Shown piece after piece: positions 57,009-64,000 of a stretch of DNA of 64,000 nt. The first letter of the stretch is position 1; each line of letters starts with the position of its first letter. The position numbers were made by a program, and so were the translations under genes. The notes under the pieces are model-generated. The model searched no databases and had not been told where the DNA came from. It saw nothing but the letters and a program-made list of their open reading frames with translations. This DNA is from Oscillospiraceae bacterium (GTDB taxonomy: Bacteria > Bacillota > Clostridia > Oscillospirales > Ruminococcaceae), in NCBI GenBank assembly GCA_051882595.1, contig JBJESD010000005.1, positions 2,369 to 66,368 on the forward strand, given 5' to 3'.

Positions 57009-58828
57009 GCGAGAAGAAAAAAGACAAAATCAAGATGAAAAGGCTTGTTTCAAACGTTTGGTACGTAGTGAAATACGCTCTGCGTCACGATAAAAAGCTG
57101 CCCCTTTCCTATATCGTAAGCCAATGCGTTTTCAGAGGCGCCCATGCATTTATGGACACCTTTCTCCTTATGGAGATCATCAACATTTTCACCACAACGG
57201 CAGATATTTTAAGCGTTGTTAAAGTGCTTGCTGTAATGTTTGCTCTTCAGGTTGTCAGCATGATAGTTTTCAGATACCTCGAAAACTATTTCTGGACGAA
57301 GATGATAGGCTTTACAGGTAAGGTCCAGCGTGAGCTTATGGCTAAGGCTCAGCTCATGGACTTGAAATATTACGATATCCCCGAATACTTCGACGACTTC
57401 GTTATTGCCGCCTCACAGTCCGAGGAAATGTGCAAAAAGGCTATAATGAGCGCCGCAAGCATTATTTCCACCGTGGTTGCAATGATTATTTCGGGAACAA
57501 TGATTATTACAATCAATCCCACTGTGGCAATTTTCCCTGTAATCGGCTTTGTTGTCAACATCATAACCCGTTTCATCATCACAAAGCTTGAGTACGAATA
57601 CAACCTTGAAAAGCAGCGTATCGGCAGAAAGGCAGACTACTCAAAGAGAGTGTTCTACCAGCCCGAATACGCAAAGGAGATAAAGCTCACGGGCATTGAA
57701 GAGGCGCTTATGGAGCAGTATGACGAGGCAATAGCCGAGGAGCGTAAAATGGCACTCGGCTACTCGCTGAAAATCCTTGCGCCTACCCTTATAAACTGGA
57801 TAACCGTGTTTACGCTGTGCCAGTTCTATGCCGTGCCTGTGTATCTTGCATATCTTGCCATTGAGAAAAAGACCATTCAGCTTGGCGAGGTCGCATCGCT
57901 GAAAAATGCAACAAACTTAATCAAGAGCCAGCTTGACCAGATGAACTATGCGCTGGTTGATTTCCAGACCGTGGGGCAGTATGCCGAAAAGTTCCGCCGC
58001 TTTATGGATTACGAAATCAATATTGAGGGCTGCGAGGGTGAAGCTCCTGTTCCCGAAAACGACTGCACGCTTGAACTGCGCAATGTCAGCTTCAGATACA
58101 AGGACAGCGAAAAATATGTCCTTAAAAACGTCAGCATGACCATACGAAAGGGCGAGAAGCTTGCGCTTGTTGGCGAAAACGGCGCAGGAAAAACAACTCT
58201 TATAAAGCTCATTATGCGGCTTTACGATGTGACAGAGGGCGAGATCCTCTTCGGCGGAGTGGATATCCGAAAGCTTAACACAAGGGCGTACCGCAAAAAA
58301 ATAGGTGCGGTTTTTCAGGATTTCCAGATTTATGGCGCTACTCTTGCAGAAAACGTAAATATGAGCTTTGTCGATGACCCCGACCGCGAAAAGATAACCA
58401 AAGCGCTGGAGAGAGCCGACTTTGGCGGCAAGCTGAGCCGTCTTGACAGCGGAATCGACACCGAGCTTACCAAGGAGTTTTCCGATAGCGGAACAATGCT
58501 TTCGGGCGGCGAAGGACAGAAAGCGGCTATCGCAAGGATATTCGTCAGCAACTCACCCGTTGCAATTCTCGATGAGCCAAGCTCTGCCCTCGACCCTATC
58601 GCAGAGTACAGGCTGAACAAGAGTATGCTGGAAAACGCAGAAAATCAGGCGGTCATACTCATCTCCCACCGCCTTTCCACCACCAAGGATGCCGACCGCA
58701 TTATTCTCCTCGAAAACGGCAGTATCGCAGAGAGCGGAACACATGCGGAGCTTCTCCAAAACGGAGGAACTTACGCCAGAATGTGGAACGTTCAGGCAGA
58801 GAAGTACTGCACCTCGATTTATGCGTGA
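57005..58828 (+). CDS. ABC exporter, fused permease/ATPase subunit 2
   Basis: ATGA overlap with subunit 1. Walker A GENGAGKTT, LSGGEGQK, ILDEPSSALD. Confidence 0.92.
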   Translation: MSEKKKDKIKMKRLVSNVWYVVKYALRHDKKLPLSYIVSQCVFRGAHAFMDTFLLMEIINIFTTTADILSVVKVLAVMFALQVVSMIVFRYLENYFWTKMIGFTGKVQRELMAKAQLMDLKYYDIPEYFDDFVIAASQSEEMCKKAIMSAASIISTVVAMIISGTMIITINPTVAIFPVIGFVVNIITRFIITKLEYEYNLEKQRIGRKADYSKRVFYQPEYAKEIKLTGIEEALMEQYDEAIAEERKMALGYSLKILAPTLINWITVFTLCQFYAVPVYLAYLAIEKKTIQLGEVASLKNATNLIKSQLDQMNYALVDFQTVGQYAEKFRRFMDYEINIEGCEGEAPVPENDCTLELRNVSFRYKDSEKYVLKNVSMTIRKGEKLALVGENGAGKTTLIKLIMRLYDVTEGEILFGGVDIRKLNTRAYRKKIGAVFQDFQIYGATLAENVNMSFVDDPDREKITKALERADFGGKLSRLDSGIDTELTKEFSDSGTMLSGGEGQKAAIARIFVSNSPVAILDEPSSALDPIAEYRLNKSMLENAENQAVILISHRLSTTKDADRIILLENGSIAESGTHAELLQNGGTYARMWNVQAEKYCTSIYA

Positions 58829-58886
58829 TCAGCGTAAGGTCGTTATTGACAGCAAAGAAAAATCCCCCGACCAAGTTCGGTGGACC

Positions 58887-59013
58887 AGCTTGTCGAAAAA
58901 GTCAATAACAGGCTGGCGAGAAATCGTCAGATGCTAGGAAGCGCCACTACGACTAGCCTTTGTGGCTGTCGTAGCGGCGCTGACGCCGCAGATGGCGGTT
59001 TATCGACAGCCTG
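58887..59013 (-). mobile_element. TIR element copy D1 (inverted orientation)
   Basis: AGCTTGTCGAAAAAG...GGTTTATCGACAGCCTG, lying between hairpins 58862-58884 and 59014-59039. Confidence 0.85.
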
Positions 59014-59040
59014 AAATCCCCCGACCAAATTCGGGGGATC

Positions 59041-59168
59041 AGTTTGTCGAAAAAGTCAAATAACAGGCTGGCGAGAAATCGTCAGATGCTAGGAAGCGCC
59101 ACTACGACTAGCCTTTGTGGCTGTCGTAGCGGCGCTGACGCCGCAGATGGCGGTTTATCGACAGCCTG
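59041..59168 (-). mobile_element. TIR element copy D2 (inverted orientation), tandem to D1
   Basis: Nearly identical to D1 (AGTTTG versus AGCTTG, plus one extra A), lying between hairpins 59014-59039 and 59169-59196. Confidence 0.85.
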
Positions 59169-59200
59169 AAATCCCCCGAACCGAGTTCGGGGGATTATGT

Positions 59201-59458
59201 TTACCATTTTTTCGCGCGCAAGGGACAGTGCGCATCCTTTCGCGCGGCTCTCAGCTCGGAATAGCAGCCGCACTTCATGCAGGTGCCGCCCAGCAGATGC
59301 TCACAGTTGCGGCACAGTTCAAGACGTCTGCTGTACTCGGCTACTTCGGTGCGCTTGTCCGCAGGGATTTTTGCCGCTGCCGCGCGCACTGCCTGCGCAA
59401 CATCCGCCCTGCCTGCCTCCTCAAGAAGACAGCGCGTACACGGCTTTTTTGTCATCAT
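59201..59458 (-). CDS. Small Cys-rich protein (DUF6171-like, tentative)
   Basis: The start ATGATGA overlaps the abfA stop. The Cys pattern is CTRC...CRNC...CMKCGC...HCP. Confidence 0.55.
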   Translation of the reverse strand: MMTKKPCTRCLLEEAGRADVAQAVRAAAAKIPADKRTEVAEYSRRLELCRNCEHLLGGTCMKCGCYSELRAARKDAHCPLRAKKW

Positions 59459-60939
59459 ACTATTTTCAGCGTGACAGCCGCAACACTGCACGCAGGCATC
59501 ACCACGCTCGCCCTGCCGTTGTGTACCTTTACTTCAAGGGGCGTTATCACAACATTGTCGCAGTTGTCGAATGTGTTGCAGGCGTGCGCGTCGCCTGTCA
59601 GCATACGCGCTTCGCCGGACTTCACCTCGCCGAATGCAGAGCCGAGGTCTATCTCGTACTCCCTGTCAAGCGCACAGTTGGATAGCGTAACAAGTATATC
59701 TCCGCTGTCCGAAACAGAAGCCGAATGGCTTATGCAGGGCACCTGCTTTGTGCAGCCGACATCCTCATTCTCAATATGGCTGTAGATAAGCGTTGCGTCC
59801 TGATGCTCCTTGAACAGGTCAAACACATGGAATGTCGGCGTCTTTACCGTAACCTCTCCCTCGGTAAGCAGAATTGCCTGAAGCACATTCACCGCCTGCG
59901 CGATGTTCGCCATGGTAACGCGGTCGGAATGCCTGTTGAATATATTGAGGTTTATCGCCGCTACAACAGCGTCGCGCATAGTGTTCTGCTGATACAAAAA
60001 GCCGGGGTTGGTTCCCTCCTCGACATCATACCAGCAGCCCCACTCGTCAACGATAAGTCCTACCTTTTTCTCCGGATCATATCGGTTCATTATCTCGGAG
60101 TGACGTGTTACAAGCGTTTCCATGAAAAGCGTTGAAGCAATGGTATCATAGTACTCCTCGTTAGAGAACACCGTTGCGCTGCCCTTGTGCTCCCAGTTGC
60201 CGGTCGGCACGGTATAATAGTGCAGCGACAGACCCTTCATGTGCCACGCAGTGATGTTTCGCATTGCAACCTCTGTCCAGTTGTAGTCGGCGGCATTCGG
60301 TCCGCAGGCGATCTTGTACAGCTTGCTTTCGCCGAAATCACGGCAGAATGTCTGATATCTGCGGTAGGTGTCGCAGTAATACTCGGGAGTCATGTTTCCG
60401 CCGCAGCCCCAGTTTTCGTTGCCTATGCCGAGGTATTTCAGCTTCCACGGCTGTTCTCTTCCGTTCTTTCTGCGCAGCTCTGCCATGGGCGAAACTCCGT
60501 CAAAGGTCATGTACTCTATCCACTCTGCCATTTCTTCCACTGTTCCGCTGCCTACATTTCCGGCGATGTACGGCTCGCAGCCCACAAGCTCGCACAGGCG
60601 CATAAACTCGTGCGTGCCGAAGCTGTTGTCCTCAACAACGCCGCCCCAATGCACGTTTATCAGCTTTTTGCGGCTCTCCTTGTCGCCTATGCCGTCTTTC
60701 CAGTGATATGTGTCTGCAAAGCAGCCGCCCGGCCAGCGCAGTACGGGAAGCTTTATCTGCCTGAACGCTTCAACAACGTCCTTGCGGAAGCCCTCGATAT
60801 TCGGTATGTCGCTGTTCTCTCCGACATATATTCCGTCATATACGCAGCGTCCGAGGTGCTCCGAAAAATTTCCGTATATCTCGCGGTTGATGTGACTTTT
60901 TTTGTCAAGGGGATTGAGTGTCAAATTCAGCTTTTTCAT
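59455..60939 (-). CDS. abfA: GH51 alpha-L-arabinofuranosidase
   Basis: 494 aa with [13 protein letters not shown] and [11 protein letters not shown] (acid/base Glu), typical of GH51. Confidence 0.93.
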   Translation of the reverse strand: MKKLNLTLNPLDKKSHINREIYGNFSEHLGRCVYDGIYVGENSDIPNIEGFRKDVVEAFRQIKLPVLRWPGGCFADTYHWKDGIGDKESRKKLINVHWGGVVEDNSFGTHEFMRLCELVGCEPYIAGNVGSGTVEEMAEWIEYMTFDGVSPMAELRRKNGREQPWKLKYLGIGNENWGCGGNMTPEYYCDTYRRYQTFCRDFGESKLYKIACGPNAADYNWTEVAMRNITAWHMKGLSLHYYTVPTGNWEHKGSATVFSNEEYYDTIASTLFMETLVTRHSEIMNRYDPEKKVGLIVDEWGCWYDVEEGTNPGFLYQQNTMRDAVVAAINLNIFNRHSDRVTMANIAQAVNVLQAILLTEGEVTVKTPTFHVFDLFKEHQDATLIYSHIENEDVGCTKQVPCISHSASVSDSGDILVTLSNCALDREYEIDLGSAFGEVKSGEARMLTGDAHACNTFDNCDNVVITPLEVKVHNGRASVVMPACSVAAVTLKIV

Positions 60940-61056
60940 AATGCAAAGTCCTTTCGGTCAAAATATTATATTACAATTATATACCTCTTGACAATCTTTT
61001 TTCAATGATGTATCATATTATTACAACTGATATATCCTGCGACAGGAGGTATAGCT

Positions 61057-61833
61057 ATGAAGCTTCATGTTCTCGGTATAGGCTACCGCCACGACAGTGA
61101 TTTCCTCATTGACCGCCCATGCGGCTCGGGGGATAACCTTATACTTATCTTTAAAACCGCCGCGATGATAAAGCTGAACAATAATGTTATCCACGCGCCG
61201 CCGAACACTGCAGTGGTATACTCACCGGAGTTCTGCCAGCATTACGGCGCAGACGGCGGCGAATATATCGACCACTGGGTGCATTTCGACGCCGGAAATG
61301 ATACAAGGTTTTTCCGCAGTATCGGGCTGAACCTGAACACGCTGTTGTATCCTGCGGATATTTCCGCGGCAGAGCACGTTCTCGACCTGCTTAGCCTTGA
61401 ATCCGTCAGCGGAGGACGAAACTCAGCCGAATGCATCGACCTGCTGTTACGGCTTCTGCTGACAAAGCTTGCGGACGGCGCAGAGCAAGGAGCCGAGGCG
61501 ACCTCCCAACACAGCGGCGCGCTTAAGGAGCTTCGCGCGTCGATATACCGCAGCCCTGCGGAGTTCCTCAGCATTGATATGCTGGCGCAGCGGCTTTCGC
61601 TAAGCCCGTCCCATTTTCAGCACCTCTACAAGCAGGAATTCGGAGTCAGCTGCTACGAGGACATCCTCTCCGCTCGCCACTCGATGGCGAAGTACTATCT
61701 TAGGAGCACCACCCTGCCGATAGCGCGTATTGCGGAGCTTTGCGGCTACGAGAACGATGTTCACTTCATCCGCCAGTTCAAAAAGCGCGCAGGAATGACC
61801 GCAGGGGAATACAGACATTCATCGCACAGCTGA
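61057..61833 (+). CDS. AraC-family transcriptional regulator
   Basis: AGGAGG RBS. The C-terminal HTH reads IAELCGYENDVHFIRQFKKRAGMTAGEY. It is divergent from abfA. Confidence 0.88.
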   Translation: MKLHVLGIGYRHDSDFLIDRPCGSGDNLILIFKTAAMIKLNNNVIHAPPNTAVVYSPEFCQHYGADGGEYIDHWVHFDAGNDTRFFRSIGLNLNTLLYPADISAAEHVLDLLSLESVSGGRNSAECIDLLLRLLLTKLADGAEQGAEATSQHSGALKELRASIYRSPAEFLSIDMLAQRLSLSPSHFQHLYKQEFGVSCYEDILSARHSMAKYYLRSTTLPIARIAELCGYENDVHFIRQFKKRAGMTAGEYRHSSHS

Positions 61834-61919
61834 CTGCGCACAACGGATATTTTTGCAGCATTGCCATGATACCGCCCGTTTTTATCCGAAACTTTTTATC
61901 GCAAAATGTCATAAAACAC

Positions 61920-61948
61920 TTGCATTTTCAGAAAAAGTATGCTATACT
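61920..61948 (+). promoter_or_regulatory. sigma-A promoter of queT
   Basis: TTGCAT, a 17-nt spacer, then TATACT. Confidence 0.55.
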
Positions 61949-61998
61949 GGTGAGGTCGCAGCAAATACCGCTTGTATGCGCTGCAATAAAAATTGAAT

Positions 61999-62040
61999 AC
62001 GGTGTTTTCTTTGCCTAACCACCGTAAAAAAACAAGGAGA
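61999..62040 (+). promoter_or_regulatory. Candidate preQ1 riboswitch (H-type pseudoknot sequestering the SD)
   Basis: The P1 stem is ACGGTG/CACCGT, the loop is TTTTCTTTGCCTAAC, and the A-rich tail is AAAAAAACAAGGAG. Loop TCTTTG can pair with tail CAAGGA. The downstream gene is queT. Confidence 0.5.
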
Positions 62041-62047
62041 TTTTTTT

Positions 62048-62617
62048 ATGCAAAAAAACAAATTCAACATCAACACCATTACTCGTATCGCCGTTGTTGC
62101 GGCACTGTATGCAGCGCTTACCCTTGCGCTTCAGCCGATTTCATTCGGTCTTGTGCAGCTGCGTGTTTCAGAGGTGCTTGTGCTGCTGTGCTTCTACCGC
62201 AGGGAGTACTGCCCGGCGCTTATCCTCGGCTGCTTTATCGCTAACTGCTTCAGCCCTATGGCGCTGATGGATATGGTGTTCGGAACGCTTGCGACCGCTG
62301 TCGCAGTTATCCCGATGTACAACATCAAGAACATCTGGGTTGCATCGCTGCTGCCCGTTGTCAGCAACGCAATTATAATCGCACTGGAACTGTATGTCGC
62401 TTTCGATGAGCCCATTTGGCTGGGTATGCTGACCGTCGGCGCAGGAGAGCTTATCGCCGTTACAGTTATCGGCTGCACGCTGTTCAAGCTTGTTATCGAG
62501 CGCAGCAAGCCGGTAATGAACATAATAGTCGGCAAAAGCCCGAAAACCTGCCGCTCCGATAATTCACCCGAAGCAAAAAAGGCAAAAAAAGAGATTACAT
62601 TTGACATCTTCCACTAA
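62048..62617 (+). CDS. queT: QueT queuosine-precursor transporter (ECF S-component-like)
   Basis: TRIAVVAALYAALTL...LRVSEVL is typical of the QueT family. About 5 TM segments. Confidence 0.85.
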   Translation: MQKNKFNINTITRIAVVAALYAALTLALQPISFGLVQLRVSEVLVLLCFYRREYCPALILGCFIANCFSPMALMDMVFGTLATAVAVIPMYNIKNIWVASLLPVVSNAIIIALELYVAFDEPIWLGMLTVGAGELIAVTVIGCTLFKLVIERSKPVMNIIVGKSPKTCRSDNSPEAKKAKKEITFDIFH

Positions 62618-62637
62618 GCCGAGGCTTTTGGAGGTCT

Positions 62638-62668
62638 GCCCAATCGGAAAAACCGGTTGGGCTTTTTT
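62638..62668 (+). terminator. rho-independent terminator of queT
   Basis: GCCCAATCGG / CCGGTTGGGC stem, AAAAA loop, then TTTTTT. Confidence 0.8.
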
Positions 62669-62810
62669 GCACTGTGAAACCCAATAATATCATCACTTTG
62701 GCTCCACATAATAGCGTGCAAATCTTTTTATGCTAACACGCCGCATTTGTATGGACTTTTTGCGCATTATATGATACAATATAGAAAAATCCACCGAAAG
62801 GAATTATCAG

Positions 62811-63923
62811 ATGACAAAATACAGATATATGGCACCCTGCCATTTCGGTCTGGAAAAAACCCTATCTTTTGAGGTAAAGAAAATCGGCGGCGAGGATATC
62901 GCTGTCAGCGACGGACGCGTTATGTTCAGCGGCGACGCTTCCGTCTGCGCGAAAGCAAACCTCTGCCTCTCCACGGCTGAGCGCGTGGGAATAGTGCTGG
63001 GTCAGTTCAGGGCAAAAACCTTCGACGAGCTGTTTGAGGGCGTCAAAAAGCTTCCCCTGTCCGAGTATATCGGAAAATATGACGCATTCCCCAATACGGG
63101 ACACTCCCTCAACTCCGTACTGAAAAGCATCCCCGCCTGCCAGAAGATAATCAAAAAGGCAATGGCGGTAAACCTCTGCAAGGCTTACGGAGTCAATACA
63201 ATGCCCGAAAGCGGCGCGGTATGCCAGATACGCTTCTCCATAATGAAGGACGAGGTCATTCTCGCTCTGGACAGCAGCGGCGCCGGACTGCACAAGCGCG
63301 GCTACCGCCGTGACAGCAACGCCGCGCCCATCAAGGAAACGCTTGCGGCAGGAATTGTCGATATAGCGCGCGTAGGCGAAAACGACATCATCTGCGACCC
63401 GTTCTGCGGAAGCGGTACGCTGCTTATCGAGGCGGCGCTGAAAGCACTTAACATCGCGCCGGGACTTCGCCGCAGCTTTGCAGCGGAAAAATTCGGCTTT
63501 ATCCCCGAAACGGTATGGCGCACAGCGCGCAATGAGTGCGCGGAGCAGATAAAGCGCGGAGCAGAATTCAAGGCATTCGGCTTTGATATAGACGGCGCCT
63601 GCGTAGAGCTTACCGCAGCCAACTCAAAAAAAGCAGGAGTTAAGATAACCTGCGAGCGCAGGGATATCAGGGATTTTTCTCCCCCTGCCGAGCCGCTTAA
63701 GATAATCACTAATCCGCCCTATGGCGAGCGAATGCTCGAGGTTTCGCAAGCGCGCGAAATCTATCGCATCATGGGGGAAAAGCTGCTTCCGCTTAACAAA
63801 AACCGTCTTTACCTGATAACTCCGGACGAGGAATTCGAGGACACCTTCGGTCAAAAGGCAGACAAAAACCGAAAGCTTTACAACGGTATGCTGCTCTGCC
63901 GACTTTATTCTTATTACAAATGA
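62811..63923 (+). CDS. THUMP-domain class I SAM-dependent RNA methyltransferase (RlmL/YpsC-like)
   Basis: N-terminal THUMP domain, SAM-binding DPFCGSGT, and catalytic NPPYG. Confidence 0.88.
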   Translation: MTKYRYMAPCHFGLEKTLSFEVKKIGGEDIAVSDGRVMFSGDASVCAKANLCLSTAERVGIVLGQFRAKTFDELFEGVKKLPLSEYIGKYDAFPNTGHSLNSVLKSIPACQKIIKKAMAVNLCKAYGVNTMPESGAVCQIRFSIMKDEVILALDSSGAGLHKRGYRRDSNAAPIKETLAAGIVDIARVGENDIICDPFCGSGTLLIEAALKALNIAPGLRRSFAAEKFGFIPETVWRTARNECAEQIKRGAEFKAFGFDIDGACVELTAANSKKAGVKITCERRDIRDFSPPAEPLKIITNPPYGERMLEVSQAREIYRIMGEKLLPLNKNRLYLITPDEEFEDTFGQKADKNRKLYNGMLLCRLYSYYK

Positions 63924-64000
63924 TGAAGAAACGACAAAAAATACGATTCGGCGGCGCCAACCCGATAACCGGTATACTGTATGCCTGCGTAATAAGCTTT
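63920..64000 (+). CDS. Start of an unidentified ORF running off the window
   Basis: ATGATG overlaps the preceding stop. 27 codons stay open to the window edge (MMKKRQKIRFGGANPITGILYACVISF). Confidence 0.3.
   Translation, partial: MMKKRQKIRFGGANPITGILYACVISF

Noticed and set aside
58862-59196. CRISPR-like repeat-spacer appearance
   Set aside because: The repeats are 127-128 bp structured elements and the spacers are variants of one 23-28-bp hairpin. There are only two units and no cas genes. This is a tandem mobile-element array, not CRISPR.

Overview
The window looks like a chromosomal segment of a moderate-GC Firmicute. It is probably a Clostridia or Oscillospiraceae/Ruminococcaceae-like organism, but that is inferred only from gene content and synteny. 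About 57 protein-coding genes are supported. Most are housekeeping genes: pckG, lysS, greA, ftsEX, metG, tatD, nth, gpsA, plsY, der, trpS, rpmB, ychF, ptsH and ptsI. The rest include sugar-use genes (a GH13 alpha-glucosidase and a GH51 arabinofuranosidase, each with an AraC regulator), three c-di-GMP turnover proteins, and several ABC transporters. I saw no rRNA, tRNA, CRISPR array, prophage or transposase gene. Seven observations stand out. (1) A family of 128-bp terminal-inverted-repeat elements occurs as 5 copies at 4 loci. Each copy sits at a rho-independent terminator, and the complete locus-specific terminator hairpin is duplicated on both sides. The element's internal long hairpin shows compensatory base changes between copies. 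(2) A two-gene Abi_2 (HEPN, RNYCAH motif) plus TerB-N/TerB-C module is appended to the der-plsY-gpsA operon. This is the best candidate here for an uncharacterised conflict system. (3) An atypical Ser/Thr kinase with a Zn-ribbon and a beta-rich tail sits between two divergent paralogous membrane EAL phosphodiesterases. (4) A 51-codon Cys-rich leader ORF overlaps a terminator upstream of a heterodimeric ABC exporter, an arrangement like bmrB-bmrCD. (5) WalR-type direct repeats lie at the promoter of a LysM-G5-M23 peptidase. (6) A preQ1-type pseudoknot candidate lies upstream of queT. (7) About 575 bp of GC-rich, hairpin-rich non-coding sequence upstream of the aminotransferase-trpS operon remains unexplained. 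Many long ORFs in the six-frame track are antisense shadows of real genes and were rejected. All homology statements come from motif recognition by eye and no database search was run.
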